In this document: one piece after another, positions 19,415-29,100 of the stretch
How positions within the stretch are numbered: position 1 is the stretch's first letter
Layout: each line of letters starts with the position of its first letter
Virus record (IMG/VR): IMGVR_UViG_3300047548_001236
Location: 1-64,000 of that record
Strand: one strand, 5' to 3'
Length of the DNA: 64,000 bases
Notes under the pieces: generated by a model
What the model was told of the DNA's origin: nothing
Seen by the model: the letters and a program-made list of their open reading frames with translations, nothing else
The model's database searches: none
Made by a program: the position numbers and the translations under genes

Positions 19415-19490
19415 TGGTGCTGGAGGTGGGATTTGAACCCACGACCTTCGCTTTACGAGAGCGCTGCTCTGGCCTCTGAGCTACACCAGC
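19415..19490 (-). tRNA. tRNA-Thr(CGU)
   Basis: Loop CTCGTAA, CCA. Confidence 0.9.
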
Positions 19491-19815
19491 ATATGATTAG
19501 TTAAGAGCACATCGAGATCAATTACACCACAATGGTTCTAAGCCAAAGCCAGGTCGCCAACTGGTTCTTCTGGTGATCAAACCAGATGTGTTTTAGATGT
19601 GGGAGCATCGTAGGCGAAGATCTTTGTTCTGTTGTAGAACTCTCCCAAGCTCTGTCTAGTCAGACGTGCTCGTAACTAACCATATAGAAACAGATACCCA
19701 CTATACGCTGACGAGGCGTTATGTGTCTGGTGATAGCGAACGAGAATGCCTTCTAATCCGTTGTTCTATCTAAGTTCCGCCCAGAACGGCTAAACGTCAA
19801 GTATCTGTTTGTATA

Positions 19816-19891
19816 TGGTGCCGCCACGAGGACTTGAACCCCGGACATCCTGATTACAAATCAGGCGCTCTACCAGCTGAGCTATGACGGC
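19816..19891 (-). tRNA. tRNA-Thr(UGU)
   Basis: Canonical cloverleaf. Confidence 0.95.
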
Positions 19892-19892
19892 G

Positions 19893-19965
19893 CAGGGGTG
19901 CCCGGATTCGAACCAGGTTTGCATCGTTTTGGAGACGAGCCGCGCACTGCCACACGCACACCCCT
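19893..19965 (-). tRNA. tRNA-Trp(CCA), no encoded CCA, abutting tRNA-Thr
   Basis: Loop CTCCAAA; acceptor AGGGGTG/CACCCCT. Confidence 0.75.
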
Positions 19966-19972
19966 ATATGTG

Positions 19973-20296
19973 TTATTTATATTTATCAACAATCGCGGCA
20001 GCTTTCTTCCGCCACTTTTTCAGCTCAATCACGCGCTCTTTGATGCTCGGATTGTTTTCGATGAATTTCAGAAGAGCCTCTTTTTTCGAGGTCCCGCGAC
20101 CATAGTTACCACCGTAAATGTAGTGAGCAATGCACCAATCGTTAGCGTTACCATTCAGACAGTAGGCGTGATATGCACCATAACGATCTCCGTTGATGCA
20201 GACGTTGCCGTGCTCGTCAAATCCCGCAACAGGGTAAAGTGCAGCGCGTTCAACAATTGCTTGAGCTTGACGCAGCGACGTGATCTTCGGAAGCAT
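19973..20296 (-). CDS. Hypothetical protein
   Basis: GAGG SD, 107 aa. Confidence 0.6.
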   Translation of the reverse strand: MLPKITSLRQAQAIVERAALYPVAGFDEHGNVCINGDRYGAYHAYCLNGNANDWCIAHYIYGGNYGRGTSKKEALLKFIENNPSIKERVIELKKWRKKAAAIVDKYK

Positions 20297-20405
20297 TCCA
20301 ATACCTCTTTCTGTATGAGGATAGGTATAGCTGATTTGGTGTTAGGCGACAACGGGCAGTTTCGCTTCATGCCCAGGAAGTTTTAGTAGGAGAATTAATC
20401 GCTGC

Positions 20406-20780
20406 TTATTGTTGATCGACCCATGCTTGAATATGCTTGAGGTCGATGTTCGGGTTGTCGTACTTTTTGACGAGTGCAAGAACTCTAGGGAGAATTTTGT
20501 TATAGAAGGTTGCTTCTTTACTCTCTTCTCTCTTAGCCTCTACGCTCTTATACGGCTTACCTGCAATGTAAGCTCTGGCGAGGAACGTCGATCGATTTTC
20601 GTTGCGCACATCCCATCTACGGTGTTCGTTCAACGAAAACCACTGGTTTGCCATACCGGCCCAGTCTTGTTCGTTCGTCTTTGCCCATTCGATCTGTCGC
20701 TTGAGCTTGTGCTCTTCGTGACGAATGATCTTTGCTTCCACGCTCAGGTGTTTGGACTTCACTTTAAGTTCGATGCTCAT
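20406..20780 (-). CDS. Conserved hypothetical phage protein
   Basis: ELKVKSKHL..EAKIIR.EE; LARAY..GKPY. Confidence 0.7.
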   Translation of the reverse strand: MSIELKVKSKHLSVEAKIIRHEEHKLKRQIEWAKTNEQDWAGMANQWFSLNEHRRWDVRNENRSTFLARAYIAGKPYKSVEAKREESKEATFYNKILPRVLALVKKYDNPNIDLKHIQAWVDQQ

Positions 20781-20838
20781 CTTAGCTTCCTTTTCTGATT
20801 TGAATTTGATTGGTAGTCTGGTTCAATTCAGAAGGTCG

Positions 20839-21108
20839 CTAAGGAGGTACCCAGTCTTCGATGATGGCATGGTTATCCTCATCGATCGTCAACCGACACT
20901 TTTTAACCTTGATCGCGCCTTTCGTGTGCGGGTTATCTGGCGTCTGCTTGGTTGTCCAAGGCTTGTTACATTCTACGCTATTGCAATAGAACGACTGTCC
21001 CTTGGCTTTGAGCACCCACATCGGAATGCTAGAGTCTTCGAGGTGTTTTTTGTTGAAGTGGAATACAATATCATCACACCTCATATCAACCTAGAAAGTC
21101 ATAGTTTT
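20839..21108 (-). CDS. Hypothetical protein
   Basis: ORF with AAGG SD. Confidence 0.55.
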
Positions 21109-21237
21109 ACCCTTTCGTTTGTTACGTTTGTCGGATATGTGAACGCTCTCCGTTCGCGTTTCAGTAACCTTCTCCACTTAGCCTTGGGCTCATCCAGCAG
21201 AGTCGGTTTAGGCTGTCACATTCAGCACTGAAATCTA

Positions 21238-21313
21238 TGGCGGCCCTGGTGGGACTCGAACCCACGACCATGAGTTTTAGAGGCTCTAGCTCTACCATCT
21301 GAGCTACAAGGCC
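21238..21313 (-). tRNA. Amber suppressor tRNA (anticodon CUA)
   Basis: Loop CT-CTA-AA, canonical D/T arms, G73, CCA; two mismatches in anticodon stem. Confidence 0.8.
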
Positions 21314-21694
21314 GTATGCTGGTTTTGAGGAGGATCCAGCAACCTCACTAATAGCAGAATCGCACGCATTGATTCCGAGTCGCCAGACATTGCGATGTGG
21401 CCATTGTAGTTATTACCTACAAATCATGGGCGATGAACACCCGCCATATATTCTGGTCGAACAAGACCTAAAAGCGAGCCTCTAGGCTGGTTGGGCTTTG
21501 ACATAATTTCACCACGTTTGAAAGCAGGGTGGCTTGTGGCTACTTTAGTGTCATACCAACCAAACGCTGATTTTATCATTCTTGGTTGCAGTATCCACCC
21601 AAATTCTTCGACCTTTCACCGGTTAAGGTCGACTGTTGCTTTCACGGGCTCCCCTGAGCGGACAGGGTAAAGCAAGCAATCAGATTCTTAAAAA

Positions 21695-21806
21695 CAGATT
21701 GAGATTTCTACTTCTTTGATAGACCAGGAAATCGAAGACTGGGGTGACCGGTGAGCCGGAGCTCTGGTGGTCGTGCTATGTTTCTTAGTTGCGGAACACT
21801 CAATCT
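21695..21806 (-). ncRNA. CCGCAA-stem cassette 2 (non-tRNA cargo)
   Basis: AGATTGAG/CTCAATCT stem plus TGTTCCGCAA. Confidence 0.55.
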
Positions 21807-21842
21807 TGAATACGTTATACTATACTCTTTAGTGAGAAACAA

Positions 21843-22020
21843 CAGGATCATTTTACGTGCTCTACTAACTGAGCTACTCTCCCATCAAAGATACACCGTT
21901 TTTACAGATTTCCCTCTTTCGAGTAACGCACCTCTGTCGATGTATCTGTGGTGGGAGAGGGTGGATTTGCACCACCGACCACGGCTTTATCGGAGCAAAA
22001 AGATTGCTGAATTGATCCTT
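21843..22020 (-). tRNA. Circularly permuted tRNA-Ile(GAU) in CAGCAA cassette 3
   Basis: 3' half 21949-21996 transcribed before 5' half 21856-21883; rejoins to 76 nt with CGGCT/AGCCG stem and loop CCGATAA. Confidence 0.85.
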
Positions 22021-22031
22021 TTGAAATTATT

Positions 22032-22157
22032 TCAGGTTCGCCTTTTACGTTGACCTAACTACTTAGTCGATCACCCCGTAGTGAAGTTGGCGGGGTGAGC
22101 AGGACTTGCACCTGCATCTACGGCTTGACATGCATAATTGTATGCTGAACCGAACCT
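22032..22157 (-). tRNA. Circularly permuted tRNA-Asp(GUC) in cassette 4
   Basis: 3' half 22088-22133, 5' half 22048-22077; stem ACGGC/GCCGT, loop ATGTCAA, G73. Confidence 0.85.
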
Positions 22158-22164
22158 TTTAATC

Positions 22165-22238
22165 TGGTGCTCCAGCGCGGTAACGATCCGCGGTCTCACC
22201 CGTACCAAGGGCGTGTAATACCTTTATACTACAGGAGC
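22165..22238 (-). tRNA. tRNA-Thr(GGU)
   Basis: Loop TTGGTAC; variant T loop. Confidence 0.85.
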
Positions 22239-22391
22239 AAAAACACTCACTTCAAACGAAGCAACCACTTAACAAACTTGGTCATCGCCATCTCGTTGTT
22301 CGGCTGAGGCGGAAGATGCCCTGCCTTCGGAGTGTCGATGTAACGCTGGATTGGGTTGGTCATATTCACTTCTCCATCATGTTGTTGAAAG

Positions 22392-22479
22392 TGGTACCCC
22401 CTGCCGGACTCGAACCGGCACGCCCTTCCGGACAGTAGATTTTAAGTCTACGGCGTCTGACCTGTTTCGCCAAGGGGGC
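22392..22479 (-). tRNA. tRNA-Leu(UAA)
   Basis: Class II cloverleaf. Confidence 0.92.
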
Positions 22480-22484
22480 ATATC

Positions 22485-22561
22485 TGGTAGTCCCTGTAGG
22501 ACTCGAACCTACAACCGACCCGTTATGAGCGGGGGGCTCTAACCAATTGAGCTAAGGGACC
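22485..22561 (-). tRNA. tRNA(CAU), Ile2 or Met
   Basis: Loop CTCATAA. Confidence 0.9.
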
Positions 22562-22568
22562 ATTATCT

Positions 22569-23030
22569 CTATTTATTGCAAAGCTCACGAGGCAGCAGGT
22601 CGAATTCAGGAAGATAATCGTTGAAATAACGACGGTAGCTTCCGACGACTGACTTGATCTTACCCTTGACCTTGCGACGCTCTTCAACGTTGCGAATACT
22701 GTTCATCAGGTTGCCGAGCAGATGACGAACCGAAGCAATGTGAGCCTGTTTGTACAGCCTCTCTGCTTCAACCTTGGAGTAACCACGTTCGACAACATAA
22801 TTGACGAAGCAACGATTACCACGTTCTTCATTGCACTTCCGGCACATCACGAACATGTTGTCCGTAGTATCTGGACCACCGTACGACTTTGCTACCATGT
22901 GGTCAACAGTCGCCATGTTGCGTTGCACTTTATCAGGATTTGCTTTCCAGACCAACTGAACGTTGCAGCAAGGGCAACGACGAAGTCCGCTTTCGAAAGC
23001 ATTCTGCAGGGCTGTTTTCTTGAAGCACAT
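22569..23030 (-). CDS. HNH endonuclease
   Basis: CPCC...ATVDHMVAKSYGG...NMFVMCRKCNEERG. Confidence 0.85.
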   Translation of the reverse strand: MCFKKTALQNAFESGLRRCPCCNVQLVWKANPDKVQRNMATVDHMVAKSYGGPDTTDNMFVMCRKCNEERGNRCFVNYVVERGYSKVEAERLYKQAHIASVRHLLGNLMNSIRNVEERRKVKGKIKSVVGSYRRYFNDYLPEFDLLPRELCNK

Positions 23031-23087
23031 TTGAGTTTTTCCTCTCTTGTGCCGTCTATATAGGGGAAGTTGGTTGTACAGGCAACA

Positions 23088-23399
23088 TCAATAATTGTGA
23101 AAAAGATCGTATGTCTTCTCAAAAATATCTGGCTTGCAAGGATAATGCTCACCATTGACACCTCGAATAATATAATCGCCAGGAAGCGCGTTCATCGTAC
23201 CTTCCAGAGTAATTATTTTGAAGATTTTACCGTCGTTCTTCACGTGATCCTGATACTGTTCGAAGGAGTTGAACCACTTGAACCAATCAGGATGCTTACC
23301 CGTGAAGTCGAGTACTTCTCTAAGGTTGTCTCCTGTGTATTGTATCGCTTCGATCACAACAGGTCTTTTAATGTATTTGTTGATCATCACGTTCTCCAT
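23088..23399 (-). CDS. Conserved phage protein (PGDYI-type)
   Basis: KRPVVIEAIQY...TLEG.M...GDYIIRG..GE.YPCKPDIF..TY. Confidence 0.8.
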   Translation of the reverse strand: MENVMINKYIKRPVVIEAIQYTGDNLREVLDFTGKHPDWFKWFNSFEQYQDHVKNDGKIFKIITLEGTMNALPGDYIIRGVNGEHYPCKPDIFEKTYDLFHNY

Positions 23400-24355
23400 T
23401 CTACTTGCAACGGGGAGTACGAGGGGATTTGCACCAGGCCCCTGAACCTTCTCCTCTTTTCAGCTCCTCAGGGAAGGAGCCTACTTCTGCACCTTGCTTA
23501 CTCCGCTCTGGAAGTAGAATATTGTTGCGGGTGAGATTACCCCGTATTGTGAGCGCCTTTCCGATGTACCACATCCCTTGCGAGGAGTGTTGTCGGGTTA
23601 TCCACAAGAGTCTTTCGATCATCTTGTATCGCTCAGTGCTGCCGTTTTTGAGGTCTGGCTGTTGACCTGTCGCATGTTACTACTCGTCCGTCTTTCCTAC
23701 GCCTGCCTTGCGAGCAGCTCAGAGGCGCTAACCTCCTACGTGATCATTCTGAACAACTACTCTAGCCTTGCGAGCCTTCGTAGGCCTGATTATCTTTCGA
23801 CTCAGGCATTAAGCACCTTTCGTAACACACCGGAGCAGACTTTCGCTTTTTGAATCTATGTTGCTTTGAACCAAAATCAAACGCTAATTTAATAGCTGCG
23901 AACCTACTGAGAAGTGCTGCTCCAGTTGCTCCACACCTTGTTAGATGCAGAATACCACACTCCTCCTGTCTTTCTCCTTGCGGGATACTCAACGTCACTT
24001 CACGAATCCGGTGTGACCCTTCCTCGTTGATGATCCTACACCGCCCTTCTACGCGAATAGTCGGACTATGTAGACACCTGTTGGACTTTTCCATTCGTTA
24101 GTTTGGCTGAAAACTGTTTGGGCGCCAACCCTCTTACACCTCACCGATCGGCTCTGGTGCTATCCTTTCGGACAGTCTTCCTAACTTACTGGATACCTCC
24201 TAGCTTCTAAGGCTAGAAGGGACTTGCTTTCGGTTTAATCCGAGTCAAGTCTATCCCAGGCTTGTATGAATGGACCATTTTACTGGCGCAGGTATGTAGG
24301 AATCCCTGCTTTGGGTGTGTTACCACACTTACCCTGACGACGTCATACCGCCATT
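23400..24355 (-). ncRNA. Candidate large structured ncRNA (about 950 nt)
   Basis: No credible ORF, many hairpins, downstream of a promoter and boxA within the tRNA island. Confidence 0.45.
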
Positions 24356-24567
24356 ACACTGTTTATATCTAACACAATGAGCAACTTACTCGTGCACATT
24401 TCAGTCACAACTGCAGGAATCGAACCTGTACTCCTATCTTTTTAATGATAGGTGCGCACCTAGCGCTGTTCAGCCTACTAATGCTCGGTCATCAACCGTC
24501 GGTACGTTAATGTACAGCATCTAGCATCGTGTTAGATAAAAACAGTGTATGTCACTGTTTTCTAAAT

Positions 24568-24578
24568 TGTCAAAGAGC
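24568..24578 (-). promoter_or_regulatory. rrn-type boxA antitermination element
   Basis: GCTCTTTGACA just downstream of a TTGACT-17-TATACA promoter. Confidence 0.65.
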
Positions 24579-24644
24579 GTGAAGACTTTCATCTTCGGTA
24601 GAGATCTGTATAAACTATTCTTTCCAGACAGTCAACAGATTTTA

Positions 24645-24768
24645 ACGGGAACATCTGATTTTTGCCGGCTGCTCTACCACTGAGCTACAAGATCCTTGTG
24701 GGGACCTTGGAGGGATTCGAACCCACGACCCGCTGGTTGGTATATCAATATTTGCTGTATTGTTCCCT
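24645..24768 (-). ncRNA. CAGCAA cassette 5: permuted tRNA-like RNA with G-1:C73-type acceptor
   Basis: T arm, CAAGGTCCCCA-CAA-GGATCTTG, then D arm; GGGAACA/TGTTCCC closing stem. Confidence 0.75.
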
Positions 24769-24938
24769 AATTGGGATTCAAGATGGGAGTCTTTTCCTCC
24801 CTGCCAGCCTGGCATTCGCTTCAATGGGGCTCTCGGTGAGTCACTCCCCTCCACGGGATGGAACAAATTCCATCGCAGCCACCGTCTACAAGCATCTAAC
24901 TACAGGCGTGTCAGTGTAGACGTTCCAACACCCTTAAT

Positions 24939-25016
24939 TGGCTCCCTCTGCTGGACTCGAACCAGCCTCATTCTTGATTAACAGTCAAGCGCCATCACCT
25001 GGACGACTCAGAGGGA
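24939..25016 (-). tRNA. tRNA-Asn(GUU), atypical D arm
   Basis: Loop CTGTTAA, CCA. Confidence 0.8.
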
Positions 25017-25404
25017 ATGAAAGGTTACAGTCGCAAACCCGTTGCCATAGCCATCCAAAGAGGCATCAGCTGAGGAACGAATGTGGTCAGCACACATGCA
25101 ACAAACGTAGAAAGAACCATCGAGCTGACCAGTTCGGTTTTGTCGTTGATTCTGACCAGAGTGGGCAGACCAAGGGAGATTCCAATGTTTTTCATCTGTT
25201 TCACCTTCACTTGAGATTTGCGTTGTAGGCTTTCGAGCCTGCTGCCTTCGCTTTGGTAGTGGCTTCGAACTTGGTCATTCCTTCGCTGATACTCTTTTTG
25301 TATTCAGCGTCGAATGCTTCCTTAGCCGCCAGCATCGCTTTCTCTTCAATGTCTAGTGTCAAAGTTGCCATGACTCAGTTCCTTTCGTTCGTCATGTGAG
25401 TAAC

Positions 25405-25674
25405 TTAGCTGATATGCTTGGACGAGTCAACAACTTTTTTCAGATATTCATAAACTTCATCATAATCGTCAAACATCCTCGTTCCATGCTTGCTCATCAC
25501 TCGGACTTTTGACCCGAAACACTGAACCAGACCAAAACCTGGATATCTTCCGTTACCGAGACGTCTAGCATTCCAGCGTGTTCTTCTCGGCACTGGTTCT
25601 ACAAAAGCATAATCGACGTTGAGGATTTCTCCGCAGGTTTCGTAGAACTTCTTCTTTTCTTCGTTTGTTTTCAT
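25405..25674 (-). CDS. Hypothetical protein
   Basis: ORF overlapping upstream stop (ATGA). Confidence 0.6.
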   Translation of the reverse strand: MKTNEEKKKFYETCGEILNVDYAFVEPVPRRTRWNARRLGNGRYPGFGLVQCFGSKVRVMSKHGTRMFDDYDEVYEYLKKVVDSSKHIS

Positions 25675-26072
25675 GGATTGTAAGGGATTGCCAGCCTTTC
25701 GTCTAACATCAGTTGGTTGATATTCACACCATCGACGTACAGCACAGCAAGATAACGTCCATACTTGTCGGGCTCATCCTTGATCGATTCAATCACGATC
25801 GTACGACCCTGAGAGATTTTAGCGCGAAGCCAATCTCGAACAGCAAGACCTCTTTCCCTTGTGGCTCCTCTAACTTCTGGAGCGTCAAGACCATACAACC
25901 TAAGACTCTTGTCTTTGATCCAGATGGAAAATCCGAGGTCGATGTCTACTGTTAGCGTGTCGCCGTCGTATACGGAAACAACCTCTACCTCGTAGATATA
26001 GTTTCGAGTGGCTTGTTGTGCATGAGCAGATGTTGCAAACAACAACGCACATATGGAAAGTATTTTGATCAT
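25671..26072 (-). CDS. Thermonuclease (SNase-like) with signal peptide
   Basis: VYDGDT, LRLYGLDAPE, DKYGRYLA. Confidence 0.9.
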   Translation of the reverse strand: MIKILSICALLFATSAHAQQATRNYIYEVEVVSVYDGDTLTVDIDLGFSIWIKDKSLRLYGLDAPEVRGATRERGLAVRDWLRAKISQGRTIVIESIKDEPDKYGRYLAVLYVDGVNINQLMLDERLAIPYNP

Positions 26073-26740
26073 GTGAAGTCTACACCAAACGCGATACTGA
26101 TTCTTGTAAAGTTAGTTTTCTTGGTTGGACTAACCATGTGAGGCATCCAGCAAGGAAACAATACGAGGGTGCCTTCCTTTGGCGTGATACAGATTGGGTT
26201 ACCAAAAAATGGATACCGCTGAACGTTATCTTTCATGATAACTGGAGTTTTTGCGAAGTGGATAGGATCAAGAAACACAAGATCGCCAGGATCTGGACGG
26301 CTTGCAGACTTGATCAACACCTCTTCATCTAAGGGAACGTCCACATCTAGGTTGTCTTTATCAATGCCGCTGGTTGGAAAATACACGCCAGCAAGCATGT
26401 CTTTAGCATTATGAGAGTGGGGCATGTGATATGCGTATCCGTCATTGTTAATGTTACCCCAGTACGTTCTAGAGTTGGGAGTTCCGCTAATTCCAAAGAA
26501 CGATTGTGAGCTGAGAACAATATTGTCAATGATCTGCTTCAAAGACTTAAAGCTGTCATACCGATCTTGAAGTCCCGCGACTGTTTGATCGATATCGACA
26601 CCTGAACGCATTTGTAAAGGGTCGATGTTCGCAACGTGCAGTAGATCGTGGATCAGTTGTTTGTTCAGTTCTTTAGATTTCTCTCCAAGCGACATGTATG
26701 CGATTGGATTGGGAAAAGCTGACATTGTCTGTAGTTTCAT
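26069..26740 (-). CDS. Putative 2OG-Fe(II) oxygenase
   Basis: WGNIN...HMPHSH, GVYF, LVLFPCWMPHMV, RISIAF. Confidence 0.85.
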   Translation of the reverse strand: MKLQTMSAFPNPIAYMSLGEKSKELNKQLIHDLLHVANIDPLQMRSGVDIDQTVAGLQDRYDSFKSLKQIIDNIVLSSQSFFGISGTPNSRTYWGNINNDGYAYHMPHSHNAKDMLAGVYFPTSGIDKDNLDVDVPLDEEVLIKSASRPDPGDLVFLDPIHFAKTPVIMKDNVQRYPFFGNPICITPKEGTLVLFPCWMPHMVSPTKKTNFTRISIAFGVDFT

Positions 26741-26756
26741 ATTGTTCTCCGATTAT

Positions 26757-26830
26757 TGGAGCGGGTGAAGGGAATCGAACCCTCATCTTCTGAGTGGAAG
26801 TCAGTGGCTCTGCCATTGAGCTACACCCGC
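26757..26830 (-). tRNA. tRNA-Gly(UCC)
   Basis: Canonical. Confidence 0.92.
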
Positions 26831-26843
26831 ATCAATGGCCGCA

Positions 26844-27947
26844 TCAAGCGGCCATATCTACTTCATAAAGGAATCTTGTGTTCGGCATCAGCTTGCGATT
26901 GTAGGAAGTCGATTGAACGAACACGTCATACGGAAGACCATTAGGACTAACGTTGCCACGCATACCATAAGGAATTCCGATCATTTCTCGGGCGCGAGCA
27001 CCAGTGTACATATCACCAGTCAGCTTGTCTCGCAGCACGACTTCTTTGTTTGGTTGGATTTCTTCACGCTTGGTGAATTCGTAGAACCCACGACCAGTTT
27101 GGAAGATCAGGTTATGATCCTGCACAAACTCTTTAATGACGCGAGGAGCTGAACCGACATCCATCACCTGGAATCTGCCTGGATCGACCGGCTTGAGATC
27201 AGCCGACATATTCTGGTCGATCTTAACATAACGTCCCTTTGCATCGCGAGGACGGTTGGTGAGAACACCAAACGACTTGTCCAAAGTACGGTTCATGCGA
27301 CCGCTATTAGCTACAACTTCTTCATACTCACGAACGCGCTCTTCGGATACCTGACGATATACGATAGCGTTCACGAGGCTCAAGATGTCAGTGAACTGAT
27401 CCAAATACAGATGGTATCCATTACCGATACGAGCCAACTCTGAGTAGTAAGGAGGAGCTTCTGGCCTGGACAAGCATTGAATGGTATAAATCTGGATTCC
27501 CATGTCAGCCAACTTGCGAGCTTCTTGTCTCCAGTCGATACGATCTCTGTTGTCGCGATAGTTTGGCGTGTGAGCAATCTCATCGCCAATCATTACAAGA
27601 ATTTTACGAGCGTTCAATGACCAGTTGAAAGCAGTCTGTGCTTGACGAAGCACTAGTTCATAGGCTTCACCGCCGTTACCGCCACCACCAGTTGGATTGA
27701 CATTTCGCACGAATTGTGTAAGAGTGTAGAGATCCGTAGTCAGATCGACTTGCTTGGTAATGTACCCATAGCGATGGAGATCGCAGTAGTCGCCGTTTGC
27801 ACCAAGGCCGATTCTGAGATTGGGGATTTCTTTAAAAAGAGAACCTACAGTGTTCTCCAGGTTTCGCCTGACTTGGTCTAGGCAGGGGTACATCGACCCG
27901 GTAGTGTCAAAATTGAAAACGATTTCGAGCTTATCTTGCGTATTCAT
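26844..27947 (-). CDS. vWA domain protein
   Basis: FNFDTTGSM, GDYCD, GGG..EAYE, LVMIGD. Confidence 0.88.
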   Translation of the reverse strand: MNTQDKLEIVFNFDTTGSMYPCLDQVRRNLENTVGSLFKEIPNLRIGLGANGDYCDLHRYGYITKQVDLTTDLYTLTQFVRNVNPTGGGGNGGEAYELVLRQAQTAFNWSLNARKILVMIGDEIAHTPNYRDNRDRIDWRQEARKLADMGIQIYTIQCLSRPEAPPYYSELARIGNGYHLYLDQFTDILSLVNAIVYRQVSEERVREYEEVVANSGRMNRTLDKSFGVLTNRPRDAKGRYVKIDQNMSADLKPVDPGRFQVMDVGSAPRVIKEFVQDHNLIFQTGRGFYEFTKREEIQPNKEVVLRDKLTGDMYTGARAREMIGIPYGMRGNVSPNGLPYDVFVQSTSYNRKLMPNTRFLYEVDMAA

Positions 27948-28078
27948 GTGTATTCTCCGTATGTTTTGTATATGTGCGTATATTTTTGTATGAACAATGT
28001 GTAGGCACGATGTAGTAATGCGTTCACAACACTATTTATACACGGTTACGCATACGATACAGCACCTACGAAGAAAAA

Positions 28079-28177
28079 TATCCTGGTTGGACTCGAACCA
28101 ACGGCCTGCGCTTTATTCCCAGCGTTTGGGTCCTTCACCATGAGGGAGCACTGCTCTACCGACTGAGCTACAGGATG
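28079..28177 (-). ncRNA. tRNA-like RNA with 34-nt anticodon loop, no CCA
   Basis: Canonical D and T arms; two hairpins in the anticodon loop. Confidence 0.6.
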
Positions 28178-28190
28178 TTTCGGAATTCGT

Positions 28191-28248
28191 TGGTACCCCC
28201 GGCCGGACTCGAACCGGCAAGCCCGAAGGCGCTTCATTTTGAGTGAAA
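28191..28248 (-). pseudogene. 3' remnant of tRNA-Leu(CAA)
   Basis: TTTCA-CTCAAAA-TGAAG, variable arm, T arm, CCA; 5' half absent. Confidence 0.8.
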
Positions 28249-28284
28249 TCTCTACTAATATAAATACCCCAAAAGGATGTAGAA

Positions 28285-29100
28285 ATGCACTTGTTATTTG
28301 ACTGCGTCGAGGGAAAGAACCCCGAAGATATCATACCCCGTAAGTATCGTGCCTTGATCAAACTGCTTGGGAAGCATACTCCCACATATCATGATCTTCA
28401 ACAATTTCGTGATAAGGTTCATGATATGATTCATGTCACTGGTTACAGTCCTAGTCAGATACAGAACCTCTTGGGGGTCGAATATTCTGATTTTGGTATG
28501 TTTATTAAGCGCTGTCTCGGCATCAAGCTTAAACATATACGCGACGCTAACATCGCATCTGCTGTTAGGATGGGTAGAAACACATCAGACGAAAAGCAAC
28601 GTTACATGAAATCGTGTGAGTTTTCTTTCGATCCATATTCTTATCCGGATGTTCCGGGGTATCAACTATTACTCGACCGTGGTATATATCACCCCAAGAG
28701 TAACCCAACCGGGGTGTGTAGAGACCATATGGTATCGAAAGAGTATGGTTGGAGGAACCACATACCACCTAATGTGATTTCAAGTGTGTACAATTGTGAA
28801 TTTCTGTTGCATCACGACAATGTCAAAAAGAGTACAGCATGCTCGATTACACCAAATATGCTGTACGAAAGAATAGCAAGTGCTAGTTTTGATCCCCTGG
28901 TAAAAACTACACATATGCTATCTAAAACCGTCGAACACAAGACAAAAATTTCTAAAACCCTTTCCACATACATGTGTGTTACAGATGGCACTTGTAATAT
29001 CAGGATATTGAAGACAGACCCAATACCAGAGGGGTTTAGGAGAGGTATGACTAGAAAGCGTAAAATGGTAGGCGTGGTCGGACTCGAACCGACAGAATGA
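28285..29100 (+). CDS. Putative HNH-like homing endonuclease
   Basis: RDHMVS...NCEFL...N..K; C-terminal TDG...IPEGFRRG motif; TATAAATA at 28259. Confidence 0.7.
   Translation: MHLLFDCVEGKNPEDIIPRKYRALIKLLGKHTPTYHDLQQFRDKVHDMIHVTGYSPSQIQNLLGVEYSDFGMFIKRCLGIKLKHIRDANIASAVRMGRNTSDEKQRYMKSCEFSFDPYSYPDVPGYQLLLDRGIYHPKSNPTGVCRDHMVSKEYGWRNHIPPNVISSVYNCEFLLHHDNVKKSTACSITPNMLYERIASASFDPLVKTTHMLSKTVEHKTKISKTLSTYMCVTDGTCNIRILKTDPIPEGFRRGMTRKRKMVGVVGLEPTE

Noticed and set aside
23401-24101. Short overlapping ORFs on both strands
   Set aside because: No SD context or recognisable motifs; better explained as ncRNA
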